In this document: positions 50,284 through 60,698 of the stretch, one piece after another
Layout of the letters: the number at the start of each line of letters is the position of its first letter
How positions within the stretch are numbered: position 1 is the stretch's first letter
From: Nitrosopumilus sp.
GTDB lineage: Archaea; Thermoproteota; Nitrososphaeria; Nitrososphaerales; Nitrosopumilaceae
Assembly (NCBI GenBank): GCA_965238275.1
Contig: OZ250186.1
Location: forward strand, 704,001-768,000
Reading direction: 5' to 3'
Length of the DNA: 64,000 nucleotides
The notes under the pieces: model-generated
The model's input: only the letters and a program-made list of their open reading frames with translations
What the model was told of the DNA's origin: nothing
Databases searched by the model: none
Program-made: the position numbers and the translations under genes

Positions 50284-51666
50284 GTGATGGAGATGGTGAT
50301 GACGCTATTGTTCAAATCATGTATCGTTCTGGCAGCAGCCTGCATGGTTCTTGTTCCGGCAGGCGCATACGGACACGGGCTGGACCTGGATCACATTCGC
50401 TCAATAGACGTGCAGGGGACGGACATAACAGTGTCGGTTGCAATGTCCCCCAATGTCGGGCCAGGTGACGAGAGGCGGCTTACACTTACGGCAACCGAGG
50501 ATGATACAAGGGACAATGCCCGGAGCGTAACCTTTCTGATCGGCATGTTTGACGGGGGCAAGATGCTGCTCAGGGACTACTTCTTTGCCCCGGACGGGGT
50601 CCTGCACATTGACATCGCGCCGTCGCAGGGCGAGCTTGAGATTCATGGTGAGCAGGATGACATTCTCAGGGCGTGGCACGGAACAGAGTCCGACCCTGTC
50701 CTGATAACCGGTCCGATATTTGACTCGGGAGGCCTGTACACCTTTGAGATTGAACTGAGAACCATAGACGAGCCCACCAACATAATAGACGACTCCCAGA
50801 CGCACCATGCAGATCTCAGCATAGTGGATGATGCCATACATGTGGCAGCTGATGCGCAGGGGGATGATGTTGAGTTTGGGACAAAGTCGTACTTTGATAG
50901 CGTGTCCGAATTCGGATACGATCCACAGACTGGCCAGGCCACAGTCAGGATGCCCTTTGACTGGAGTGAGAGCGTAATGTCGCACATTCCGGTTCTCCAC
51001 GTGGAGGTCTCCTTTCCGGACGACTTTGAGGAGTTTATCTCTCCAAGCTATACCGGAGTCGCAAACGGGATAGATCTCTTCAAGGCATCCGTAATAATCG
51101 ACGACTATACGGCAGACGATTCAAGGATAGTCCACATAGTCTTGTTGCAGGATCATCTGAGATTCCTAAAGAACAGCATGAAAAAGTCCGGCGAGCCGCT
51201 GCCTGACACCATCACCTTTTCCATCTCCTCGAGCCCGGACTTGGCGTTTCCACTTAGTGCCTACACCAAGAGCGAGGACTTTCTGGTGAACCTTGCATGG
51301 GATCCGGTAGAACCCGAGCCTGACGTCGCAACAACATTCGTCTTTACCATCCGGGACGGCGCAACCGGCGAGCCACTGAGAAATTCAGAGTACACCTTTG
51401 TGGTGGTTCAGAACGGCCAGGAGATACACCGGGCATCCGGACTGGCCCAGATTGGCGGCCACTTTGAAAAGTTTACCTTCGGGGAGGGACAGACCGGCCC
51501 CACAATCATAAGATTTGAGAACATCCGGAATACGGGACAGGAAACCGAGTTTGGAATGGTGGTGGTTCCTGAGTTTGGCCCAGTCATCCTGCTTGTGCTG
51601 GCCGTCTCCATTGCAGGAGCCATTGTCGCATCCCGAAGAGTCGGTTACGTTACTGTGACCGGCTGA
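50284..51666 (+). CDS. PEFG-CTERM surface protein
   Basis: Signal peptide ending AYG|HG; C-terminal VVPEFG + TM + basic tail. Confidence 0.85.
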   Translation: MMEMVMTLLFKSCIVLAAACMVLVPAGAYGHGLDLDHIRSIDVQGTDITVSVAMSPNVGPGDERRLTLTATEDDTRDNARSVTFLIGMFDGGKMLLRDYFFAPDGVLHIDIAPSQGELEIHGEQDDILRAWHGTESDPVLITGPIFDSGGLYTFEIELRTIDEPTNIIDDSQTHHADLSIVDDAIHVAADAQGDDVEFGTKSYFDSVSEFGYDPQTGQATVRMPFDWSESVMSHIPVLHVEVSFPDDFEEFISPSYTGVANGIDLFKASVIIDDYTADDSRIVHIVLLQDHLRFLKNSMKKSGEPLPDTITFSISSSPDLAFPLSAYTKSEDFLVNLAWDPVEPEPDVATTFVFTIRDGATGEPLRNSEYTFVVVQNGQEIHRASGLAQIGGHFEKFTFGEGQTGPTIIRFENIRNTGQETEFGMVVVPEFGPVILLVLAVSIAGAIVASRRVGYVTVTG

Positions 51667-51696
51667 TCATGCCGTCCTGCTGCTCCTGCTGCTGCA

Positions 51697-54516
51697 TCAT
51701 GCGGGTTCATCTGCTGCTGACTGGACAGCCTCGGACTCTTGCTCGATCATGCCATTGATCCTTCTCTTGTCGTGAACGGCCTTTACGTAGAACAGGGCAG
51801 ACGCAATGATTCCTGCTGCTATTAGTGGCGAGGCGATCTCAGAGTATGCCAGGCCAGAACCATCTGATGATACCGCCGCCTGCTCTGCTGCCACCACCAC
51901 CACCGGAACCTCCGTGATCTTCACGGTTCCAAGCTTGTTTGATTCCTGCTCTGCAAACCAGATGTTGGAGTCGCCGTCTGCTGTCATAAACTGGACCCAT
52001 GATGTCTCGGTGGGAATAGGAACCTCCACAAGATCGTTGTTGTCCGGATCAAACACTGCTATCTTGTCGACTGTGTGCAGCGCAAACCAGATGTTGCCGT
52101 ATCTGTCCTGGGCCATTCCAAAGGGGAGCGACTCCGGGTCTGGAACCGGAATGCTCTCAAAGGTCTCCAGGACAGGGTTGAACCTGGTGATTGCAAGACC
52201 CGTATGCTCCGTGATCCACATGCCTCCCTCTCCGTCAAAGAGCATGGCCTCCGGACCATTCAGAATCCTGTCAGTTGATATCTCTACCGGCCTGCCTGTT
52301 GCAGGATCCACATATCCTATCTTGCCGGTGCCGGTGGTGCTGTACCACACCCTGCCTGACTGGTCCACTGCAAGCGCAAACGGCAGCGTCTCCCTTCCAT
52401 CCAGCACAATCTCCTCAAACACGCCGGACTCTGGCAGATACTTTACGATCCTGTCCTTGTTGATTACGGTTACCCAGATGTTGTTGTCATGGTCTGACTG
52501 GATGGAGAATAGCACGTTTCTTGATATTGTGGGATCCAGACGCGGAACCGGTATTGTCGTGATGTTTCCGGTGCTGATATCGACGTACCCTATCTGGTTT
52601 CCAGGACCGTCTGTAAACCAGACCCTTCCCATGTTGTCCAGCGTGATGAATATTGTGGCACCCCCGTCATACGAATGCGACGAGAACTCCCGCGTCTCCA
52701 GGGAAAACTGCCACAGCCGGGGGGCAGACGGATCGCTTATCCATATGGAACCCCGGCCGTCATAGACTGGCTGCAGGGGAGTTGCCTCCTCGGGAAGATC
52801 GTACTCTACTATCTCGACTCGGATGTCTGAGAGCCTGGGCTTTACAGACAGGTCCAGTATGACTGACTCGCTTGCGTTCTCCGTTCTCTGGGCGGTAACC
52901 TCCATAAGCCACTCCCCGGAGAACCCCAGGGTCATCTCTCCCTGAAACCCGGCATCTCCGGCCTGCTCCATCGGAACCTCAATGGGGAAGATGTTCTTCG
53001 ACGGGTTTGATATCTTTACCTTGATGCCGTCCAGATCGTCCAGCGGGTTCCCGTCCAGACCAACTATCCTGACTGAGACCGTGTTTGTCCCGCTGGCGAA
53101 TGGAAACATCTCAACTTCAAACCTTGCATTCTCCGTAAACTCTATGGTCTCATACCCGTAAATCGTCTGGCGTGCCTCCGTCCTCTGGATCTCCCCTGCA
53201 GGCAGCGTCCCGTTGGTCAGCAGTGCCACTACCCCCAGAATGGCAAATCCCAACACAACGTCTACCTTGAGCATCCTCTTGATCTTCCTGTGTACTGCTG
53301 CTCCCCCCGACCGGATACTCCTCTCGGCCCCCCTCTGCACCCCAAACTGCATGTACCCTCCCATGCCTACCATGATTCCGGCAAGCACTATCTTTAGGAT
53401 GATCAGCTGCCCAAAGACGGATTCTGTGATCAGTCCCACGTCGCTTTCGATGAGCCACATCAGAACCGGCCCGGTGACGATCACCACGCCGACTGAGACG
53501 ACAAACATCATTGAGAACCTTGGAATCATGGCCAGGCTCATGTGCCCCCGCTCCCTGTCTGCAAGTACGGATAATGCCGGAAGCAGGGTAAAGACGAGAT
53601 AGAATATGCCTCCTATCCAGACTGCTGCGACCAGGTTGTGCACATAGTCCAGCGAAAGGCCGGCAATGCCGCCCAGGGACGAGCCGTGGCCTATCATGCT
53701 GGTCGTCGCAATCAGCGCCAGGGATGCTGCAAGAATTGGAATGTGCGCCCTTCCTGACAGTGTGGTCCTCCTGTTCATCACAAACCATATGCCCAGAAGG
53801 ATCACAGTCATGATCATTCTGGCAAGCCAGATGGTTCCGAAACTTGTCCCAATGACACTCAGCGGCGAGGCATCGAGCCTGACTGACTGGACCATGATGA
53901 TTAGAATGTCTGATATCAGCACAAGTACAAGCCCCACCCCGGTGGTCAGCATGAACCTTCCGTGGTGAATCCCCTCCACTGCGCCCAGCCTGTCCCTGAT
54001 TATTCTCTTGTTCTGCGTTCCCCATACCATGAGGGATGCTACTGCTGCGCCCAGCACGATGGTCTGGCCTATGAGGCCTGGAAACTTGGCAGCAGCCCCT
54101 GGCACAAACACAATCTCTTCTGGTCCCTGCTGCTCACGCAGCGAGGGGTCTACTATGGCACCACCCACGGCAAACAGGAACGTGCCTGGCACCAGATGCC
54201 CGTCAATCTTGGAGAGCACCTTGGTTGATGCAGTATAAATCCCGTCCTGAAGCGGCGGGGTGGTTACAACGAGCGACTCGTCGCCCTCGTAATATTCCGT
54301 ATCCCTGTTGTCTATCTGCTCCCCGTTGCCGTCAAAGACCTTTATCTCGCTAAAGTCAATATCCACTGCCTGCGAGAAGAAGACAATCACCTCCGTGGTG
54401 CCTACAGGCGCATTGGAGGACAGGTCCGGAACCGTCTGCTCTGTGAATGGGTGTCCCCATGCCATGGGAACCGACACTGAGAGGAGTACCAGCATGACAA
54501 TCAGAGGCCGTTGCAT
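51697..54516 (-). CDS. CopC-CopD fusion with a Vgb/NHL beta-propeller (copper uptake)
   Basis: Mature N-terminal His (AWG|HPF), DGH motif, CopD TM block (HNLVAAVWIGG), propeller repeats (G.IWF). Confidence 0.88.
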   Translation of the reverse strand: MQRPLIVMLVLLSVSVPMAWGHPFTEQTVPDLSSNAPVGTTEVIVFFSQAVDIDFSEIKVFDGNGEQIDNRDTEYYEGDESLVVTTPPLQDGIYTASTKVLSKIDGHLVPGTFLFAVGGAIVDPSLREQQGPEEIVFVPGAAAKFPGLIGQTIVLGAAVASLMVWGTQNKRIIRDRLGAVEGIHHGRFMLTTGVGLVLVLISDILIIMVQSVRLDASPLSVIGTSFGTIWLARMIMTVILLGIWFVMNRRTTLSGRAHIPILAASLALIATTSMIGHGSSLGGIAGLSLDYVHNLVAAVWIGGIFYLVFTLLPALSVLADRERGHMSLAMIPRFSMMFVVSVGVVIVTGPVLMWLIESDVGLITESVFGQLIILKIVLAGIMVGMGGYMQFGVQRGAERSIRSGGAAVHRKIKRMLKVDVVLGFAILGVVALLTNGTLPAGEIQRTEARQTIYGYETIEFTENARFEVEMFPFASGTNTVSVRIVGLDGNPLDDLDGIKVKISNPSKNIFPIEVPMEQAGDAGFQGEMTLGFSGEWLMEVTAQRTENASESVILDLSVKPRLSDIRVEIVEYDLPEEATPLQPVYDGRGSIWISDPSAPRLWQFSLETREFSSHSYDGGATIFITLDNMGRVWFTDGPGNQIGYVDISTGNITTIPVPRLDPTISRNVLFSIQSDHDNNIWVTVINKDRIVKYLPESGVFEEIVLDGRETLPFALAVDQSGRVWYSTTGTGKIGYVDPATGRPVEISTDRILNGPEAMLFDGEGGMWITEHTGLAITRFNPVLETFESIPVPDPESLPFGMAQDRYGNIWFALHTVDKIAVFDPDNNDLVEVPIPTETSWVQFMTADGDSNIWFAEQESNKLGTVKITEVPVVVVAAEQAAVSSDGSGLAYSEIASPLIAAGIIASALFYVKAVHDKRRINGMIEQESEAVQSAADEPA

Positions 54517-54607
54517 TTGTTTTGTAGACTGTGACTGATAATTTAAACAGTCTTCTGGTTCTGGAAATGTACCAGTCCGCATAAGAATAATAATATCGAT
54601 CAATCAG

Positions 54608-55246
54608 ATGATGAACGTGAGGATACTTGTTCTGGGAATTGCCGCAATGTTCCTGATTGGGATGATGGGCACCGAGTCATATGCCCATACCACAGTCCAT
54701 GTTGGAGAGTACGAGATTGAGGCTGGATGGGGCATAGAGCCTCCCATTGTGGGAATCCGAAATGATATAGTCATAAAGGTGCTGGAACCGGGAGGAACCC
54801 CGGGCACGGTAAAGGGCGTCACCAATGTGTTTCGTGATGCCGGGGCGGCAGTAGGGTTTGGCGGTGCATCCAAACCGCTTGACATCAGCTCTGACCCGCG
54901 ACCAGGATACTACTTTTCACCCATAATCCCAACCAAGACCGGTTCGTATTCCGTGTCGATCCAGGGTAAGATTAACGGAACCCCGATCGATGTCAAGATT
55001 CCAGTCGAGGATGTCGAGCCTACCGCAATTCTGGATTTTCCTCCAACCAGTGGTGGTGGTGGGGACTCTGTGGATGTCAGTGCCATGAAGAATGCAATCT
55101 TGTCAATACAGCAGGACATCTCTGATCTGAAATCCGGCCAGACTGAATCCGATGGCGGGGCGGCATACGACTATGCAGTGTTTGGAATGTCGATTGCAGT
55201 GGCAGCCATAGTGTTGGCAATTGTTGCCATGATAAAAAGAAGATAA
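54608..55246 (+). CDS. Secreted/membrane-anchored hypothetical protein
   Basis: Signal SYA|HTT, GW.IEPP, C-terminal TM + KRR. Confidence 0.75.
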   Translation: MMNVRILVLGIAAMFLIGMMGTESYAHTTVHVGEYEIEAGWGIEPPIVGIRNDIVIKVLEPGGTPGTVKGVTNVFRDAGAAVGFGGASKPLDISSDPRPGYYFSPIIPTKTGSYSVSIQGKINGTPIDVKIPVEDVEPTAILDFPPTSGGGGDSVDVSAMKNAILSIQQDISDLKSGQTESDGGAAYDYAVFGMSIAVAAIVLAIVAMIKRR

Positions 55247-55540
55247 GATAATTCCAAGTATTGGAATTGTTCCGAATTTTGCAATTGATGATGGCGATGC
55301 CTGTAATTATGACCGCTACATCATGAATAGCCCTTGCCATGATAATAAGATAATTTGGCTTCCATTGAAAGCAGATTTTGTTAATTAAATCTGTTTCAAA
55401 AATCCGGCCTGTTACGATGCCCCAAGTGCTGGAATCATCTTGGAGTTACTGTGATGATGCCTGCGATGATGCCTGCGATCATGACATCTATACCCTTGGC
55501 AGTCCTTGCCATAATAAAAAGAAAATAAGAAAGAGAATTC

Positions 55541-56890
55541 CTAAAGTCTTGGAACCACTCTAGATTTTGCAGTTATTGCGACGATGCTTATGATCGCGAC
55601 AGCCAGTACCATCATTGCGACGGTGCCAAATTCTGGAACAACGTTCATGAAAGTTACCCCTTCACCTACAGGCCCTGTGAACTCCTCAGCGTCTGGGAGA
55701 CCGAAACCTTGGAAGGTAACAGTAATCTCTACCGGATCTGCAGAGGCCAGTGCTGCTGTGGTGTGAGTGTATTTGCCGTCATGTGAGTGTGCGCCCAAGT
55801 CATCTAGTACGTTCACGCCGTTCTGCGTTACTACTATGTCGTAGTTGACATGTTCCACGCCTCCGCTCTCATCCATCTTGTCCTTGCCGTCCATCATTTC
55901 GTCCTTGTCTTCCATCATGGCGTCTTCCATCATTTCGTCCTTGTCTTCCATCATGGCGTCTTCCATCATTTCGTCCTTGTCTTCCATCATGGCGTCTTCC
56001 ATCATTTCGTCCTTGTCTTCCATCATGGCGTCTTCCATCATTTCGTCCTTGTCTTCCATCATGGCGTCTTCCATCATTTCGTCCTTGTCTTCCATACTAC
56101 CGTAGTTGGCAAACTTGATGAAGATCTCCATCATCTCACCTGCGGCTGGTGCATCGGCCCAGATTTTGACCATTGTGCCGTCTGATAACATGCCGGTGAC
56201 ACTTGGGTCGCCTTCCATCATCATGTGTTTGTCGCCTTCTTCCGTCATGGCATCTTCTTCCGTCATGGCATCTTCTTCCGTCATGGCATCTTCTTCCGTC
56301 ATGGCATCTTCTTCCGTCATGGCATCTTCTTCCGTCATGGCATCTTCTTCCGTCATGGCATCTTCTTCCGTCATGGCATCTTCTTCCGTCATGGCATCTT
56401 CTTCCGTCATGGCATCTTCTTCCGTCATGGCATCTTCTTCCGTCATGGCATCTTCTTCCGTCATGGCATCCTCGTCATCCATCGTAGCACCTGCTTCCTG
56501 TACAATGATTGTACCCATCATCCAGAGATGTGCTTGGCAATACCACGCTACTTCGCCTACCTCGGTCGGTGTCCATTCGTAAGTGTCTCCGGGCAGCAAG
56601 AAACTGGTGTCAAATTCACCGGTTGGTCCATCAGCTAAGCTTAGCCCTGCTGTGTTGGTGTGTAAAGTAGTGTCAGTGTTAGTAAAGATAACCTTGCCAC
56701 CTACATCCACAATTGCTACTGTAGGGATACTACAGCCTTCAGGAGTTTCTTCGCAACCTGGAAAGCCAGCGCCTTCCACCGGAGCGATTGTGAGCTCAAT
56801 GTGATCTGCAAAGGCAATCGATGGTGTTGCAACCATTCCGACCACAAGGGCAGAAAGCACGAAGAGAGAACTTATCGTTATAGTCTTCAT
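55541..56890 (-). CDS. Cupredoxin-domain PEFG-CTERM protein with Met/acidic repeats
   Basis: LHT...YCQAHLWM type-1 Cu motif; VPEFG + TM. Confidence 0.88.
   Translation of the reverse strand: MKTITISSLFVLSALVVGMVATPSIAFADHIELTIAPVEGAGFPGCEETPEGCSIPTVAIVDVGGKVIFTNTDTTLHTNTAGLSLADGPTGEFDTSFLLPGDTYEWTPTEVGEVAWYCQAHLWMMGTIIVQEAGATMDDEDAMTEEDAMTEEDAMTEEDAMTEEDAMTEEDAMTEEDAMTEEDAMTEEDAMTEEDAMTEEDAMTEEDAMTEEDAMTEEGDKHMMMEGDPSVTGMLSDGTMVKIWADAPAAGEMMEIFIKFANYGSMEDKDEMMEDAMMEDKDEMMEDAMMEDKDEMMEDAMMEDKDEMMEDAMMEDKDEMMEDAMMEDKDEMMDGKDKMDESGGVEHVNYDIVVTQNGVNVLDDLGAHSHDGKYTHTTAALASADPVEITVTFQGFGLPDAEEFTGPVGEGVTFMNVVPEFGTVAMMVLAVAIISIVAITAKSRVVPRL
55892..56092 (-). repeat. 36-bp repeat x5.6 (EDKDEMMEDAMM)
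   Basis: Perfect tandem units in the coding region. Confidence 0.93.
56240..56473 (-). repeat. 18-bp repeat x13 (EEDAMT)
   Basis: Unit CCGTCATGGCATCTTCTT on the plus strand. Confidence 0.93.
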
Positions 56891-56989
56891 TAGAGTGGTT
56901 AAACAAGGCGGTACATAAAAACCTGACTAGAATTTCAGTAACACAAATGTGCCGCCGTTTAGATTCGATATATCGTATGTCCTGTTATG

Positions 56990-58157
56990 GAGGTTGGTGC
57001 ATAATTCTGATGTGTCCTAACATGCATATTTCTCGCCACGCTTTCACGGGCGGGGTCGGATGCAAACGGGTCGGATTATCAGGCGCACTCCGTGCAAGCC
57101 GAGCCGCCGTAGGACGGTATCGGTATATTTAGCCGGCAGGCACACTCAAACCGGTTGAGGACCCGGATGTTCCATGAGATTGCCCTTCCCTTGGCAAACC
57201 GGCGCCGATTGTCTTCGCGCACGAACCTGCAGTGAAGCTGGTGCCGCCGGCTCTCCTCGGCCCCGAAGATGCCTTCTATCAGGGCTCTTGTCTTGTACTC
57301 GTATGGGTCAAACAGTCCGGCCGCCTTCTTTCGGCTGGGCTTGCCCCTGCTGACGGCGTCTTTTCTCTGCTTGATGTTGGGCACCATGCCCATCCAGAAC
57401 AGCTCCTCGAAGTTGTAGTCGGCGTCATACCCGCGGTCCGCATCAAAGACGCTCCCCGAAAAGTCATACCCGCGGCGCCTGATCTCGGCCAGCATGACTG
57501 GCAGCATCGTGACGTCGTTGACGTTACCCGGCGTGGTAAACGTGGCCAGCACAATCTGTAGTCCCAGGATGGCCGTTATGTGGTATTTCCAGTAGGTTTT
57601 TTGACGCATCTCGACGAAGTCACGCTCCTTTTTGTAGGGTTTTTCGATGTTTTCGTACCTGGTAGTCTCCACCCCACTGCTGTCTGCGCCCAGCGGGCCA
57701 GTCGCGCCGGCCGCCTCGGCGATGCAGCGGCGGGCAGTCTCGGCCAGTATCAGGTCCATCCAGTCCGGCGGAATGGTCTGGAGGTGCCTGACCATCGTGG
57801 TGTGGTCCGGAACCGGCTCGTCGTCCCAGGGAGTCCGCATGTCGCGCAGGTCTGATTCGATCCTGCGGAAGGTGTTGTTGTAGGCCATCATCAGCAGGCA
57901 GGCAAAATCCATCTTGTCCTTGGAGTGGATCCTGGGACGGCCCCTGTTGCCGTTTTCGGGGCGCGGGCAGGGGTTCTCTCGAATCATTTCAATCAGCGTC
58001 CTCCTCAGGTGGGATGCCTCGACTTCGTTTGCAAGTTCGTAGTACTGCCAGTATCTTTCCCGTCGGTTGTGTTTGATCATTACCGCGTGCGGGCGATCAT
58101 GGGATCATTGAATGTATCGGACGAGATTAGCAGCCAAAGGATTTACGCACCAACCTC
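56990..58157 (-). mobile_element. IS5-family element
   Basis: TIR GAGGTTGGTGC(A/G)TAA; 9-bp TSD CCTGTTATG at 56981-56989 and 58158-58166. Confidence 0.9.
57079..58080 (-). CDS. IS5-family DDE transposase
   Basis: PDHTT, ADSSG, KYH, DADRGYD, YKTRALIEGIF. Confidence 0.9.
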   Translation of the reverse strand: MIKHNRRERYWQYYELANEVEASHLRRTLIEMIRENPCPRPENGNRGRPRIHSKDKMDFACLLMMAYNNTFRRIESDLRDMRTPWDDEPVPDHTTMVRHLQTIPPDWMDLILAETARRCIAEAAGATGPLGADSSGVETTRYENIEKPYKKERDFVEMRQKTYWKYHITAILGLQIVLATFTTPGNVNDVTMLPVMLAEIRRRGYDFSGSVFDADRGYDADYNFEELFWMGMVPNIKQRKDAVSRGKPSRKKAAGLFDPYEYKTRALIEGIFGAEESRRHQLHCRFVREDNRRRFAKGRAISWNIRVLNRFECACRLNIPIPSYGGSACTECA

Positions 58158-58275
58158 CCTGTTATGTCCAGTGAGAATGAGACAATTGACCTGATGACCT
58201 CATGATGCTTGTAATCATTGCAGCTGACCGTTGGCAGTCCTTGCCGTAATAAAAAGAAAATAAGAAAGAGAATTC

Positions 58276-59519
58276 CTAAAGTCTTGGAACCACTCTAGAT
58301 TTTGCAGTCACTGCTACGATGCTTACGATTGCGACAGCCAGTACCATCATTGCGATGGTGCCAAATTCTGGAACAACGTTCATGAAAGTTACCCCTTCAC
58401 CTACAGGTCCTGTGAACTCCTCAGCGCCTGGGAGACCGAAACCATTGAAGGTAACAGTAATCTCTACCGGATCTGCAGAGGCCAGTGCTGCTGTGGTGTG
58501 AGTGTATTTGCCGTCATGTGAGTGTGCGCCCATGTCTTCCAGTACGTTCACGCCGTTCTGCGTTACTACTATGTCGTAGTTGACATGTTCCACGCCTCCG
58601 CTCATCATCTTGTCGCCGTCCATCATTTCGTCCTTGTCTTCCATCATGGCGTCTTCCATCATTTCGTCCTTGTCTTCCATCATGGCGTCTTCCATCATTT
58701 CGTCCTTGTCTTCCATCATGGCGTCTTCCATCATTTCGTCCTTGTCTTCCATCATGGCGTCTTCCATCATTTCGTCCTTGTCTTCCATCATGGCGTCTTC
58801 CATCATTTCGTCCTTGTCTTCCATCATGGCGTCTTCCATCATTTCGTCCTTGTCTTCCATCATGGCGTCTTCCATCATTTCGTCCTTGTCTTCCATCATG
58901 GCGTCTTCCATCATTTCGTCCTTGTCTTCCATACTACCGTAGTTGGCAAACTTGATGAAGATCTCCATCATCTCGCCTTCGGTTGGTGCATCGGCCCAGA
59001 TTTTGACCATTGTGCCGTCTGATAACATGCCGGTAACACTTGGGTCGCCTTTCATCATCATTTTGTCGTCTGTGTGATCTTTGTCGCCTATCTCGCCGTC
59101 TATACTGGTACTTGCATCCTGTACAATGATTGTACCTGCTTCCCAAGGATGTATACTACAAAAGTAGGGAACTTCGCCTGCTTCTGTTGGTGTCCATTCA
59201 AATGATGGTGACTCTGGATTTTCTAACAAACCGCTTAGAAATTCGTCAGTTGCAGCCGCTGAGGTTCCAGACATAAAAGAATGTTTTCTATCATCATCAG
59301 TGATGAGAATATTACCTTGCCGCCAACATCAACTGTTGCGGTCAGTGGGGTAAAGCATCCTTCTGAAGTTTTTTCACATCTTGGTTCGCCTTCATCCTGT
59401 TCTGGGACAGGTGTGATTGTAACTTCTGCGTGATCTGCAAAAGCAATCGGTGGTGTTGCAACCATTCCGACCACAAGGGCAGAAAGCACGAAGAGAGAAC
59501 AAATCGCTTTAGTCTTCAT
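58276..59519 (-). pseudogene. Cupredoxin PEFG-CTERM paralog, frameshifted near 59303
   Basis: ORFs 59235-59519 and 58276-59274 join with a 1-nt shift (…GKVIFS/TDDDRKHSFMSG); paralog of 55541-56890. Confidence 0.85.
58621..58929 (-). repeat. 36-bp repeat x8.6 (EDKDEMMEDAMM)
   Basis: Same unit as 55892-56092. Confidence 0.93.
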
Positions 59520-59527
59520 TAGGATTC

Positions 59528-60532
59528 TTAAATTGAGTGAGACATAAAAACCTGACTAGAATTTTTTGACCTTTTTTGCCTGTTTCTATATAATATCATG
59601 GTTCCAAATATGGGAGATCCGACATACATTCCAAGATTCAGCAGTACCATGGAGACTCCATAACCTAACATCTCTCCCTCCGAGTCGATATCTGCATGAT
59701 TCAGCAGGGATAGGGATGCCAGCATCGGAGTCAGTGCTATCCTTACCATCTCCCTGAATACAGGGTGCTCTCTTTCCAGATCAGCTATTGCAGGAGAGAA
59801 CGAATAGTACACCTGGTTGAATCCTGCCATGAATGCAGCGCCCGACTTTGTTGACAGCACCGTATTATCCCTAATCTCCCTTAACTGCTGTACCTGTGGC
59901 GCAAGCTCCGAGCCGTATGCGGCAGTCGCAATCAGACAGCCCCCGTTCGGTGGTGGAGGATCTGGATCTGTGGTGTTAGACTGCGTGGTGTTAGACTGCG
60001 TGGTGTTAGACTGCGTGGTGTTAGACTGCGTGGTGTTAGACTGCGTGGTGTTAGACTGCGTGGTGTTAGACTGCGTGGTGTTAGACTGCGTGGTGTTAGA
60101 CTGCGTGGTGTTAGACTGCGTGGTGTCTGGCACACTGCCTGCAACAATCACAAAAGATGCCGTCTCTGCTGGAATAGGCTGGAACAGTATCCCTTCCACT
60201 TGGATATCCATGATGTATTCCCCCTCACCCTGATTAAACTCGATTGGAATCTTTACCGAACCCTTAGACGTATGGATCAACGGAGTCGGACCAAATACCT
60301 TTTCGATACCCTTTGAGACTGTAACGTTATAATCGATATGCACCTGAATTTTCTGCGTCACTGGATTGATAAAGTCGATACCTATCCTCGTCTGATCCCC
60401 TGGTTCTATTGCATCGTATGTCAGCTTGACATCCAGCGTGCCGTCCTCCGTAGGAAGGGTCTGGGTCTCTGCAAATGCAGGTACAACCAGCACCGGAATC
60501 ATCAACAGCAAGGCAGACATCCAAAGTCTCAT
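59528..60532 (-). CDS. CFI-box-CTERM surface protein
   Basis: [26 protein letters not shown]; signal peptide. Confidence 0.9.
   Translation of the reverse strand: MRLWMSALLLMIPVLVVPAFAETQTLPTEDGTLDVKLTYDAIEPGDQTRIGIDFINPVTQKIQVHIDYNVTVSKGIEKVFGPTPLIHTSKGSVKIPIEFNQGEGEYIMDIQVEGILFQPIPAETASFVIVAGSVPDTTQSNTTQSNTTQSNTTQSNTTQSNTTQSNTTQSNTTQSNTTQSNTTQSNTTDPDPPPPNGGCLIATAAYGSELAPQVQQLREIRDNTVLSTKSGAAFMAGFNQVYYSFSPAIADLEREHPVFREMVRIALTPMLASLSLLNHADIDSEGEMLGYGVSMVLLNLGMYVGSPIFGTMILYRNRQKRSKNSSQVFMSHSI
59971..60126 (-). repeat. 15-bp repeat x10 (TTQSN)
   Basis: Unit TGGTGTTAGACTGCG on the plus strand. Confidence 0.93.
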
Positions 60533-60698
60533 GGCACATGTTGTCATCCAGCAAATAAAAATCGTACTTTGCAGAAATTATGATTTGCCGGCGTTCCAAA
60601 TACATAATGTCACCATGATGTCATTCCAAGCATCACCAATCTGCCTGAAATCAACTATGGCGTTGTTCAGCTTTAAATATGGTTTTTACATAATTCTT

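Noticed and set aside
55850-59022. His-rich plus-strand ORFs (FHHGVFHH repeats)
   Set aside because: Antisense shadows of the Met/acidic repeats.
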